Part shown: positions 9,861 through 19,166 of the stretch, in pieces
How the letters are laid out: every line of letters starts with the position of its first letter
Position numbering within the stretch: the stretch's first letter is position 1
Assembly (NCBI GenBank): GCA_963730995.1
Contig: CAVSUB010000005.1
Location: forward strand, 67,408 to 131,407
Source: an uncultured Acidobacteriota bacterium
GTDB taxonomy: Bacteria > Acidobacteriota > Vicinamibacteria > Vicinamibacterales > 2-12-FULL-66-21
Length of the DNA stretch: 64,000 bases
Direction of reading: 5' to 3'
The notes under the pieces: generated by a model
The model's input: only the letters and a program-made list of their open reading frames with translations
What the model was told of the DNA's origin: nothing
Database searches by the model: none
Position numbers and translations under genes: made by a program

Positions 9861-9882
9861 TCCGGAATTCAGAGGCGCCCGC

Positions 9883-10650
9883 ATGACATCTTCGGTGCTC
9901 GGAACCACATGGCTCGCGCTCGTCGCTGCCGCCACACTCGCGGTGCAGGGGCAGACTGCTGCCCCTGGCCAGCGCAGTTCTGCAGCGCCACGGCCGAAGC
10001 GCGCCGTCATCGTGACGGGCGAGAACTCTTACAACGGGCACGTGTGGAAGGAGACGTCAGCGGAGATCAAGAACATCCTTGATGCAGGCAAGGATTTCGC
10101 AGAGATTGCGATCCAGCCGGATCCGAACTTCATCGCGAGCGACGAGTTCCTCACCTACGACGTGGCGGTTTTCGACTTCCGCAACCAGAATCCGCTCGCG
10201 CAGGAGGACAAGGTCGAGGCCAACCTCCTCAAGTTCCTCGGACAGCCCAAAGGCCTCGTGACGGTGCACTGGGCGAATGGCGCGTTCCCTTTCTGGCCCG
10301 AGTTCGTGAACATCGTGGGGCGGGCTCAGTTGAGCGTGCACGATCCCCGGGGATCGTTCCTGGTCAAGATCGTCAATCCGAACCACCCGATCACCAAGGA
10401 CATGAAGGACTACGAGACCGACGACGAGCTGTTCTGGGATACGAAGATTGGCAATCGCACCATCACGCCGGTAGCGGTGGCGACCTCGAAAGTGCACTTC
10501 GCCGATTTCCCGATGGCGCTCGAACTGCAATACAACCGGGCACGCGTGTTCAACACGACGATGGGCCACGACGTGAAGGCATTGAAGGTGCCCGGGACCG
10601 CCGACCTGATCAAACGCGGCACGGCGTGGGCGGCGGGCATACTCAAATAG
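9883..10650 (+). CDS. Secreted ThuA-like (class I glutamine amidotransferase fold) protein
   Basis: Signal peptide; GHVWKET, HPITK, DELF, RVFNTTMGHD. Confidence 0.85.
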   Translation: MTSSVLGTTWLALVAAATLAVQGQTAAPGQRSSAAPRPKRAVIVTGENSYNGHVWKETSAEIKNILDAGKDFAEIAIQPDPNFIASDEFLTYDVAVFDFRNQNPLAQEDKVEANLLKFLGQPKGLVTVHWANGAFPFWPEFVNIVGRAQLSVHDPRGSFLVKIVNPNHPITKDMKDYETDDELFWDTKIGNRTITPVAVATSKVHFADFPMALELQYNRARVFNTTMGHDVKALKVPGTADLIKRGTAWAAGILK

Positions 10651-10691
10651 CGAACGCGCCGCCCTCAGGATGCCAAACCGGGCGGACGAGT

Positions 10692-10716
10692 GGGGTCAGA
10701 CCCAGGTCCTGACCCC
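10692..10716. repeat. REP-like palindrome GGGGTCAGACCC...TGACCCC
   Basis: Inverted repeat between convergent genes; the same motif occurs at 14658/14774. Confidence 0.6.
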
Positions 10717-10776
10717 GCGGATGCCGTGGAGTTGCGCAATTCGTGTGCCGCGTTTAGCGAGGTGCGGCTGCCTGGT

Positions 10777-11313
10777 TTAGGGATGTGTGCGGAGGTACTC
10801 GAGAGTCCAGGGACGCAGGCGATCGTTCAGCCCGAGCGCGTTCGCCTCTTCGAGTGCCCGCGCTTCGTCCCAGTGGTCCACCTTGACGCGCTTGATCATC
10901 CACAGGCTGGCTGCGCGCCCACCTGCCGCGCAATGGACGAACGCGGGCTGGTTCTCCGGCTTCGTCACGGCGGCCACGAAACGGGCGACGAGATCGGGCG
11001 ACGGCGACTGGATGTTGAACGGCACGTGCTCGAAATTGATGCCTGCAGCCTTCGCAGCGGCCGCCTCTTTCTCGACGTCAGCGCCTTGCTCAGTCGCCTC
11101 GCGAAGGTTGATGATGGACGCGAAGCCCATCCTCTTCAGCTCGGCGACGGCCTCGGGCTTCGTCGCGCCGCCGCACGCGATCGTCGTGTCGAGACGAGCG
11201 AAATTCGAGATGCCCTCTACGCTCTCGTGCGTGACCTTGGAGGTCTGAGCCGTCTGTCCGTGTGCCACGACCGACAGGATCAGGGCCGCGACTATCGTCT
11301 GCATTGCTCGCAT
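10777..11313 (-). CDS. Secreted PTP-like/sulfur-transferase (DUF442-like) protein
   Basis: Signal peptide; IINLR; VHCAAGGRA (CX5R). Confidence 0.85.
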   Translation of the reverse strand: MRAMQTIVAALILSVVAHGQTAQTSKVTHESVEGISNFARLDTTIACGGATKPEAVAELKRMGFASIINLREATEQGADVEKEAAAAKAAGINFEHVPFNIQSPSPDLVARFVAAVTKPENQPAFVHCAAGGRAASLWMIKRVKVDHWDEARALEEANALGLNDRLRPWTLEYLRTHP

Positions 11314-11407
11314 CAGGTGCTCTCCAGACTGATGGCGACGGGAACGCTCGCATCTTATCCTTGTCTTGGTTGTCCTGCATTAAACGAGAGGCCCCCGGCA
11401 AATAACG

Positions 11408-13252
11408 ATGGATAGAGTGCTCGACGCGCAGGCCGACGCCTTCGCCCGGCTGCTCGCTCTGTCGCCAAACGATCCAGACGCGGCGTTCCGCAAGGCCGCC
11501 GAGTTGGCAAACGGGCTGTTCCCGCATCAGATCGAAGGCGTCGCTTTCCTGCTCGGCCGCACACGCGCGATCCTGGCCGACGACATGGGTCTCGGAAAAA
11601 CCAGGCAGGCGATCGTCGCGCTGCGGCACATCGCACCAGACGGCCCGTACCTGGTCGTATCGCCCGCGTCGGTGAAGCGCAACTGGGCGCGGGAGATCGC
11701 CATCGCCGACCCGCGTGCGACGACGCACGTCGTCGAGAAGGGCACGGCATTCGAGGAGCGCTTCGACTGGGTCATCGTCAACTACGACATCCTGCTAAAG
11801 CACGTCGACGCACTCGAGAAGCCGGCCTGGGCCGGGATCGTCTTCGACGAGGCGCATTACTTGAAAAACCACACCAGCATGCGGAGTCGGCTGGCGCGAC
11901 GCCTCGCGGATCGGGCGAAATCGCAAGGCAGCCGGGGTCCCGCGATCTATCTGCTCACAGGGACGCCGCTGACCAACCGGCCTCGCGACTTGTTCGTGCT
12001 GCTGCAGCTGGTGGGCCACCCGCTCGGCCGCAGCTTTCTATCGTTCGCAAAGCGCTACTGCGCGGCCGAACGAAACGAGTATGGGTGGCAGACTCGCGGC
12101 GCGTCGAACGTCGACGAGCTGACGGTGCAGCTCCACGGTGTCATGCTGCGCAGATCGAAGGACGATGTCCTGGCGCTGCCGCCCAAGCTGCGGACGTGGC
12201 TGACCGTGGAGGTGCCGAAGAGCACCGGCGTGCGCGACATGAGGAAAGCCGTGGAGCTGATGATCAGCCGCGAGAGAGTCGCCCCGGGGTCGAGCATCAA
12301 CGAGCTTCGCCTTCGGGGGCGACTGCTCCAGGCCGTCACGAAGGCACGCCAGGCGCTCGCGCGCGCGAAGGTGCCTTCGACGATCGACTTCGTCAGCGGA
12401 GCGACCGAACAGGGAGAAAAAGTCATCGTCTTCTCGTGCTTCGAGGAGCCGATGCAGAGGCTCTCGCGGCATTTTGGCGATGCGGCCGTGCTCCTGACAG
12501 GGAAAACGCCTTCGGACAAGCGGCAGGCGCTCGTGGATCGATTCCAGGAGGACCCGCAGATCCGCGTCTTCCTGGCGAACATCGTAGCGGGCGGCATCGG
12601 CACGAACCTGACTGCGGCGACGCAGGTCGTCTTCAACGATCTCGACTGGGTGCCGGCCAACCACTGGCAGGCCGAGGACCGCGCGTACCGCATCGGACAG
12701 ACTCGAAGCGTGAACGTTACCTACCTGGTGGCGCGCAACACGATAGATGACTTCGTCCAGACCGTGCTGGAGAAGAAAGCGGCGCTGGTCAGCGCAATCG
12801 TCGACGGCACGGCCCTCGCGCCGGGTCTTTCGGGGGACGTACTCGACGAGCTCCAACGCGCGCTGCGGGAACTGTCGTCCGGGTTGACGGAACCGACTGG
12901 AGACGGCGATCAGGACGATCTGATCGAACGCCTGCTCCGGCAGCGGCAGCTCGAGCTGGCCCCGCAGACGGCAACGGAGTCCGGAACCTGGCCGCGTACG
13001 CCCGAAGAGACCGCGGCGCTCGCGCGAGCTCTCGAATCGCTGGCCAAGGTGCTGGCAGGAAAGGAGACCGAGCGCTATCGGTTCGCAAGTACGTCGCACC
13101 CTGGCGTCGAGTACGAGATCACGGTCGACGGCCCCGACATCGTGTGCAGCTGCCCGGGGTTCGAGTACCGCGGACAATGTCGTCATGCGCGCGATATCAA
13201 GGCAGCGCTCGCAGCCGGAAAGCCGGTGCCCGCTGGATATCGCGCCGTATGA
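11408..13252 (+). CDS. SNF2-family ATPase/helicase with C-terminal SWIM zinc finger
   Basis: ADDMGLGKT, DEAH, LTGTP, QAEDRAYRIGQ; CSCPGFEYRGQCRH. Confidence 0.92.
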   Translation: MDRVLDAQADAFARLLALSPNDPDAAFRKAAELANGLFPHQIEGVAFLLGRTRAILADDMGLGKTRQAIVALRHIAPDGPYLVVSPASVKRNWAREIAIADPRATTHVVEKGTAFEERFDWVIVNYDILLKHVDALEKPAWAGIVFDEAHYLKNHTSMRSRLARRLADRAKSQGSRGPAIYLLTGTPLTNRPRDLFVLLQLVGHPLGRSFLSFAKRYCAAERNEYGWQTRGASNVDELTVQLHGVMLRRSKDDVLALPPKLRTWLTVEVPKSTGVRDMRKAVELMISRERVAPGSSINELRLRGRLLQAVTKARQALARAKVPSTIDFVSGATEQGEKVIVFSCFEEPMQRLSRHFGDAAVLLTGKTPSDKRQALVDRFQEDPQIRVFLANIVAGGIGTNLTAATQVVFNDLDWVPANHWQAEDRAYRIGQTRSVNVTYLVARNTIDDFVQTVLEKKAALVSAIVDGTALAPGLSGDVLDELQRALRELSSGLTEPTGDGDQDDLIERLLRQRQLELAPQTATESGTWPRTPEETAALARALESLAKVLAGKETERYRFASTSHPGVEYEITVDGPDIVCSCPGFEYRGQCRHARDIKAALAAGKPVPAGYRAV

Positions 13253-13344
13253 GCGACTCCGCAGCCGAGTCCGTCGAGGCCACAGCATCGCCAGCTCCGA
13301 TCGATGAAGGCTTCCCAGGCTGGGATTCTCGAAGCTGAGAGCGT

Positions 13345-14619
13345 TCAGAATATCTCTCCGAAATAGCTCCAGAAATACTCCCGCGTCTTCTCCAGCAGCG
13401 AACGGTGGCGCCACTCCTGGAGCTCGAGCCTCCTGGTGTGCCGAAGATCCTCGGCGAAGTCCTGCGACAGCCTCGCGGCCAGATCCGGACTCGCTACCGC
13501 GACGTTCAGCTCGTCGTTCAATTCGAGCGACCGGTTGTCGAAGTTGGCGGAGCCGAACATGCTGACCACACCGTCCACCACGATCGCCTTCGTGTGCATC
13601 ATCGTCGGTTGATACTCGTAGATCTCGATGCCGAGCGCGAGGAACCGTTCGTACGACTGACGGGAGGCGTACTTCACCGGCATCGCGTCCGTCTTATCGC
13701 CTTCCACGATGATGCGGACCTTGACGCCTCTCTGGACTGCGTCCTGCAGCGCCCACGTCGTCGACTCGTCCGTCACGAAGTAGGGTGTGGTGATGTCCAG
13801 TGTGTTCCGCGCAGCCGCGATCATCAGCAGGTACAGCCGCTTGAGATCGTTGCTCCCGCCCGAAGGCGAGCTGCGCACGATGAGCGACGCGCCTTCCTCA
13901 TTCTTTGCTGCAGGAGGGTCGTCCAGGTGCGGTGCAACCGGCGTCTCCCCCTCGATGAAGTTCTCGTAGAACCCCGCCTCGAGATCGCGCGCGATCGGGC
14001 CGGTCATCCTGAGCTGCGTGTCGCGCCAGTGGTTCGCGTCCTGGGCGTTGCCGAGCCAGTGGTCGGCGACCCCGACGCCGCCGCTGAAACCGACGGCGCC
14101 GTCGATCACGAGGATCTTGCGGTGCGTTCGATAGTTGATCTCTTCGAGCGAGTACCAGCGCGGCACGTTGAACTGGACGATGGTGCAACCTGCGGCGCGG
14201 AGCCGATCCAGATGGTTTTTCTCCATCGAGCTTGCCCCCACCGCATCGACCGTCAGCTGCACTCGGACGCCACGCTTCGCGGCGCGCTCGAGCGCGTCGG
14301 TGAATTGCGCCGCAACCGACCCCGTATCGTAGATGTAGGTTTCGAAGCTGATTCGCTTTCGCGCGTCCGCTATGGCCTTCAGCATCACCGGAAAGATCTG
14401 GTCGCCGTTCGTGAGGACGTCGTACCTGTTGCCGCGCGTGAGGTTGGCGCCGACGAGCGCCGCCAGATAGCCCGGGAATCGCGGATCGCCAGCCGCCAGC
14501 TCGCTTCGGGGTCGGAGGGTTTCCTGGTCCTGGGCGAAGAGCAGACCTAACGCCACGACGGCCGCTGCGCTCAGGAGGATGACGAATGCGCGGCGGACCG
14601 GCCCCATGCGCCTGCTCAT
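13345..14619 (-). CDS. cls: Cardiolipin synthase (phospholipase D family)
   Basis: Two HKD motifs: HRKILVID and HTKAIVVD, plus GSANFD. Confidence 0.9.
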   Translation of the reverse strand: MSRRMGPVRRAFVILLSAAAVVALGLLFAQDQETLRPRSELAAGDPRFPGYLAALVGANLTRGNRYDVLTNGDQIFPVMLKAIADARKRISFETYIYDTGSVAAQFTDALERAAKRGVRVQLTVDAVGASSMEKNHLDRLRAAGCTIVQFNVPRWYSLEEINYRTHRKILVIDGAVGFSGGVGVADHWLGNAQDANHWRDTQLRMTGPIARDLEAGFYENFIEGETPVAPHLDDPPAAKNEEGASLIVRSSPSGGSNDLKRLYLLMIAAARNTLDITTPYFVTDESTTWALQDAVQRGVKVRIIVEGDKTDAMPVKYASRQSYERFLALGIEIYEYQPTMMHTKAIVVDGVVSMFGSANFDNRSLELNDELNVAVASPDLAARLSQDFAEDLRHTRRLELQEWRHRSLLEKTREYFWSYFGEIF

Positions 14620-14657
14620 GCCGTCGAGCTGTGCAATCCGTGCGCCGCGAGTGGGGT

Positions 14658-14786
14658 GGGGTCAGACCTAGACCGCAGCTCCCCTGTGTCGATGTGGGGC
14701 GGGGCCTTCAGGCCCCGCCCCAGCGCGGGCTGAAGCCCGCGCCCTACATGTGAACACCGGTGAATCGTGGCGTTAGGTCTGACCCC
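14658..14786. repeat. Nested REP/REPIN-like composite
   Basis: 13-bp IR GGGGTCAGACCTA (14658-14670/14774-14786) enclosing a GTAG-type REP doublet at 14692-14749. Confidence 0.75.
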
Positions 14787-14888
14787 GCTCCCACCCGGAA
14801 GCGCAGTTTCCGATGATAATCGCTGCGCGTCGTTGCCAACTTCCGGACGGTCGGACAGTCGGCCTTCAGGTGAGCAGGGAGAGCAACC

Positions 14889-15713
14889 ATGAAGAGTGTC
14901 CTGACAGCCATTGCGGGCTGCGCGGTTGTGCTTGCGCTGCCCTCGCCGGTCATCGCCCAGACGATCAGGCTTGGACAGGCGATGGTGTTCTACGTCCCGG
15001 ACCTCAAGCCCGATGCGGACGTGAAAGCGTTCGAAGCCTACGTCACCGGGCAGGTCGCGCCCGCGTGGGCGAAGCAGGCACCCGGCATGACGCTCACGCT
15101 CGTCAAGAAGGATCGAGGCAACCGGCAGGGCAAGTACATGCTCGTCTGGACCACCGACACTCTCGCACATCACCGACGCTTCGCATCGGCCTCCGGAGAG
15201 TTCCCGTTCACTGCGGCGTTGACGGCCTCCGCCGGCGACTTCCGCACAGGACTGGCGCCCTTCCTCAGTGGTCCGGGCAAGTACGTCGAGTATCACCTCG
15301 TTGCCCCTGAAAAAATCGGTGCGGCGCTGCCCGAAGTCGACGTGCTCGGAAATCACTACATCAAAGTACGGCCCGACCACGTGCCGGCCTTCGATCGGCT
15401 CGTGGAAACGACGCTGCACCCGGCTGTCGGCAATCTCCGGCCGGACCTCCGACTCCTCTACTACAAGCCGATCCGGGGCGACGAGTCGGGGAACTATGTG
15501 ACCGTGTTCGCGCTGACGAAGGCATCCCGGGACAAGTACTGGCCGAAGGGATCGGACTCAGAGGACGTGAAGGCGGCGTTCAGTCCCCCGATCAGAGCGT
15601 TGACGTCGGATCTTCAGTCGCATCTCGTCGACGGGACGTGGGGTGTGGGAATGGCGGCAGCCGTGTTCGAAGCCAAGGAGTGGGCGGACTGGACGATCGT
15701 GCCGAAGCCATGA
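14889..15713 (+). CDS. Secreted hypothetical protein with two similar halves
   Basis: Signal peptide; LKPDADVKAFE..DRGNRQGKY echoed by VRPDHVPAFD..IRGDESGNY. Confidence 0.75.
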   Translation: MKSVLTAIAGCAVVLALPSPVIAQTIRLGQAMVFYVPDLKPDADVKAFEAYVTGQVAPAWAKQAPGMTLTLVKKDRGNRQGKYMLVWTTDTLAHHRRFASASGEFPFTAALTASAGDFRTGLAPFLSGPGKYVEYHLVAPEKIGAALPEVDVLGNHYIKVRPDHVPAFDRLVETTLHPAVGNLRPDLRLLYYKPIRGDESGNYVTVFALTKASRDKYWPKGSDSEDVKAAFSPPIRALTSDLQSHLVDGTWGVGMAAAVFEAKEWADWTIVPKP

Positions 15714-15839
15714 GGCCGCGGTCGTCTCGATCGACTTTCGAAGAAGAGCAGATTGCGTGAAGTGCTGTGGGATGACGACCTGCGACGCGTCCGGCCACGG
15801 TGGTCGTGCCCGCGTCGCCGCTCAACTGAGCTGCTGAGC

Positions 15840-18089
15840 CTAAGGCGCCCGTAGACCCAGGCGCCGGATCAGGTCCAGGAACCGAGCGTCGGACCGAAGG
15901 CTCCGGAATGTGGGCCGGACTGCCAGCCACGCGAGGTCCGACGCGCGCAGCTCGTGCGCAGCCCGCAAGGATTCGATGGCGCCTGACGTCTCTCCCATGC
16001 CGGCCTGTACCTGGGCGACGACGCCCGGTGAGACATATCTGCTTTGGGACGCTGCCCGCAGCTCCAGGAGGATCTTCTGCGCCCGGCCGGCATCGCCCGC
16101 CATGGCCGCCGCATATCCAAGGCCCGCGAGCGTTTCCGCTGATTGGCCGGACAGCGCGACAGCGCGCTCGGCATGAAACAGCGCCTGCTCGTGCGCGGCG
16201 GACTCGGTCAGCGCCTGTCCGAGGAAGAAGTGCGCGGGCCCGAACGTCGCATCGAGCGCGAGGGCCTTCCTGAACACGACCACCGCGTCCTGGAAATCGC
16301 CGCTGAAGTACGAGACAAGGCCGGCGGAAATGGCGACCGGAAGCGATATGGGATCGATCGTCACGGCCCGGCCGATCGCGGTCCGCGCCTCGTCGAAGCG
16401 ACCGCACGGTACCAGGCAGTCCAGGGCGTACCACTGGAATGCCGTCGCGTAGTCCGGCGCGAGGTCGACCGCTCGCCTGAAGTGGCCCTCAGCCTCGGGC
16501 CACGCCCAGTCGAATACGGAATCGACGAGCGCGAGCGACGCGTACGCTTCGGCCAGATCCGGCTCGATTTCGAGCGCCTGCAGGGCCATGGCCTTGGCTT
16601 TCGGCATCACGGCCTGCGGCGGTCGCAACCCATAGACAGCGAGCGTCGCGTACGTGTCCGCCAGACCCGCGTGCGCCTTGGCGTACCGCGCGTCGGCGGC
16701 AATCGCCGCAGTGAAGCACTCTATCGCCGCCTGCAGGCTCTCTCCCGTGCGCCGGTTCCAGTGGTACCGGCCCTTCAGATAGGCGGTGTACGCCTCGGTG
16801 ACCCCGGTCGCCGCCGGAATCAGCGGCGCTCCAGCCGGACCCGCGAGCGTGACCCGCAATTCAGCCACGACCGCGCGCGCGATCTCGTCCTCCACGTCGA
16901 AGATGTCGGCGAGCTTGCGATCGAACGTCTTCGACCATCTCAGGTAACTGTCGGGCACGGTCGTCAGCCTCGCGGTGACCCGCAGGCGACTGGCCGCGGT
17001 GCGCACGCTGCCTTCCAGAACGCAGCCGACGTTCAAGGCGTCGGCAACTCGTTGGAGGTCGGGCACGCGATCCCGGAACTGGAAGGCCGCGGTCCGCGAC
17101 GCAACCTTCAACCCGCGAATGCCGGAAAGGCCGGTGATGATCTCCTCCGCCATGCCCTCGCACAGGTACTCCTGATCGCGCTCCTTGCTCATGTCTGTGA
17201 ACGGCAACACCGCGATCGACGAGAGTGCCGCGTCCGAATCGCGCTGCCGGTCTTCATGGCCCGGCTCCGCCAGCCTCTCGAGTGAGGCGAGCAGCTCCGC
17301 ACCCGACGCGAATCGGCTTGCCGGATCGATCTCGACACACCGCCCGATGACGCGCCTGACCTGCTCGGGCACGTGCGGCGCTCCGTCGAAGCCCGGTCGC
17401 CGGCTGCCGATCGTCGCGGCGAGCACCTCGACCATCGTACGTCCGGGAAACGCCCGCCTGCCGGTGACCATCTCGTATATCAGCGCGCCGCACGCGAACA
17501 CGTCGGCCCGCGCGTCGAGATCCTCTCCGCGCGCCTGCTCCGGCGCCATGTAGCCGAACGTTCCTATCACCACCCCTGGCGTCGTCACCATCGTCGTCGC
17601 CAGATCGGACTGCGACATGATCTTGGCGATTCCAAAGTCGAGAATCTTGATCGAGCCGCTGCGCAAGACGAAGACGTTCGCGGGCTTCAAGTCCCGGTGG
17701 ACGATGTGCGCGGCGTGCGCGGCGGCCAGCGCCGAAGCGGCCTGCTTCGCGATGGCGATCGCCTCGGCGACCGGGAGCGCGCCGGTGGCGAGCCGATCGC
17801 GCAACGTCTCACCCTCGAGCAGCTCCATGACGGCGTACGGAAGACCGTTCACCTCGCCGACGTCGTGGATGGTGATGATGTTGGGATGCGAGAGTGCAGC
17901 GACGGCGTGGGTCTCGGCAGAGAACCGATCGAGCGCCTGGCGATCGATCTCCGGGCTGGACATCACCTTGATCGCGACGTCGCGTTTCAGCCGGGGATCG
18001 GAAGCACGATAGACCTCGCCCATCGCGCCTTTTCCGAGCAGCGACCGTACATGATAAGGACCCAGCTTGTCACCGGAGTTGAACTTCAT
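15840..18089 (-). CDS. Ser/Thr protein kinase with TolB-N-like (SIAVLPF) domain and TPR repeats
   Basis: GKGAMGEV, VAIK, HRDLKPAN, DFG, YMAPE; SIAVLPF; TPR-like C-terminus. Confidence 0.93.
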   Translation of the reverse strand: MKFNSGDKLGPYHVRSLLGKGAMGEVYRASDPRLKRDVAIKVMSSPEIDRQALDRFSAETHAVAALSHPNIITIHDVGEVNGLPYAVMELLEGETLRDRLATGALPVAEAIAIAKQAASALAAAHAAHIVHRDLKPANVFVLRSGSIKILDFGIAKIMSQSDLATTMVTTPGVVIGTFGYMAPEQARGEDLDARADVFACGALIYEMVTGRRAFPGRTMVEVLAATIGSRRPGFDGAPHVPEQVRRVIGRCVEIDPASRFASGAELLASLERLAEPGHEDRQRDSDAALSSIAVLPFTDMSKERDQEYLCEGMAEEIITGLSGIRGLKVASRTAAFQFRDRVPDLQRVADALNVGCVLEGSVRTAASRLRVTARLTTVPDSYLRWSKTFDRKLADIFDVEDEIARAVVAELRVTLAGPAGAPLIPAATGVTEAYTAYLKGRYHWNRRTGESLQAAIECFTAAIAADARYAKAHAGLADTYATLAVYGLRPPQAVMPKAKAMALQALEIEPDLAEAYASLALVDSVFDWAWPEAEGHFRRAVDLAPDYATAFQWYALDCLVPCGRFDEARTAIGRAVTIDPISLPVAISAGLVSYFSGDFQDAVVVFRKALALDATFGPAHFFLGQALTESAAHEQALFHAERAVALSGQSAETLAGLGYAAAMAGDAGRAQKILLELRAASQSRYVSPGVVAQVQAGMGETSGAIESLRAAHELRASDLAWLAVRPTFRSLRSDARFLDLIRRLGLRAP

Positions 18090-18161
18090 CGCACTGTGAC
18101 TCGAGTCCTCAAGTCTCCCACATCTCCAGTGAGCTAGAGTGGATCTAGTAGGATGTAACGC

Positions 18162-18242
18162 CTGAATCAGTAGCAGACGCTCCGTTGTCGCGACTGCGGA
18201 ATCAAGGCCGAACCAGAGGACGACACGCCACTGAATCAGTAG
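18162..18242. promoter_or_regulatory. Pair of CTGAATCAGTAG boxes, candidate operators
   Basis: Exact 12-bp direct repeat at 18162 and 18231 with a palindromic CTGA-A-TCAG core, in a divergent intergenic region. Confidence 0.4.
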
Positions 18243-18272
18243 ATACAGGCCACTAGGATTCCCGACGTGACG

Positions 18273-19007
18273 ATGCGATCGAAGCAGCTGGGAGGAAGCC
18301 GGGTATGGACCGCCGGGAGCGGCCCGACCGTGGTGGTGGTCCACGGCGGCCCGGGCTTCAATCACAAGTACCTGACCCGGTCACTCCTTCCACTTTCGCC
18401 ACACTTCCGCCTCGTGTTCTACGATCAACGCTCACGCGGAGCGATCTCTCCTGCGGCTTTGACCGAACAGCTCAGGAGGATCCTCGTTGCCGCAGCCGGT
18501 GATGGCCCACCCGTGGTCCTCGCGCATTCGTGGGGCACGTATCTCGCCTTCGCGTGCCTGACACTGCCGGACTCGCCGGCAGTGCGCGGGGCCGTACTGG
18601 TGTCGCCGGTGCCTCTGACCCTGAACGGATTCAATCGGGCCGGCGCGCGGTTCAAGAGATCGCTCCCCAGCCCGGCGCCGACGGGGATCAAGGAGCTGTT
18701 TCCGTACTACCTCGCGAAGAGCAATCGCGGGAAGGAGTCCATCCCGGTTCCACAGTTCAGCGCCGCTGCCTATGGAACGGTGCTCGCCGGTCTGCAGCGA
18801 TCGTCGTACGACTTCCGGAAGGCGTCACGGTTCCTGCCGGAGGGAACGCACCTGGTGTTCGGGCGACAAGACCGCCTCTCGAAGCCGTCGGACTTCAAAG
18901 GAATATCCCGAAGGGTCTCGCTCACCACCGTTTCGGGTGCCGCTCACTTCGCGTTCGCGGAGCAGCCGGAGGTCTTCCGGGGCCTGTTCCGCGAGGAGTT
19001 CGGCTAA
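18273..19007 (+). CDS. Alpha/beta hydrolase, proline iminopeptidase-like (S33)
   Basis: HGGPG, FYDQR, AHSWG nucleophile elbow, GRQD, AAHF. Confidence 0.8.
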   Translation: MRSKQLGGSRVWTAGSGPTVVVVHGGPGFNHKYLTRSLLPLSPHFRLVFYDQRSRGAISPAALTEQLRRILVAAAGDGPPVVLAHSWGTYLAFACLTLPDSPAVRGAVLVSPVPLTLNGFNRAGARFKRSLPSPAPTGIKELFPYYLAKSNRGKESIPVPQFSAAAYGTVLAGLQRSSYDFRKASRFLPEGTHLVFGRQDRLSKPSDFKGISRRVSLTTVSGAAHFAFAEQPEVFRGLFREEFG

Positions 19008-19037
19008 TCCCGAAAGTCAAAGCCATGAAAAACCCAC

Positions 19038-19124
19038 ACAGGAGGATGGGAGGAGGGAGGAACTCCTTTTCTCAAAAAACATGCGGAAACCAAAGAAAGA
19101 TCCTCCTTCCTCCCATCCTCTTGT
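19038..19124. repeat. 24-bp purine-rich inverted repeat between convergent genes
   Basis: ACAGGAGGATGGGAGGAGGGAGGA versus TCCTCCTTCCTCCCATCCTCTTGT, 2 mismatches (both G-U compatible). Confidence 0.7.
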
Positions 19125-19166
19125 AAAGGTTTTCCTGTCAGTGAACGCCGGCGCTGAAGACACGCC

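Noticed and set aside
15840-18089. Kinase-TPR gene as part of the RiPP system
   Set aside because: This architecture is typically multi-copy in such genomes; no specific link beyond proximity
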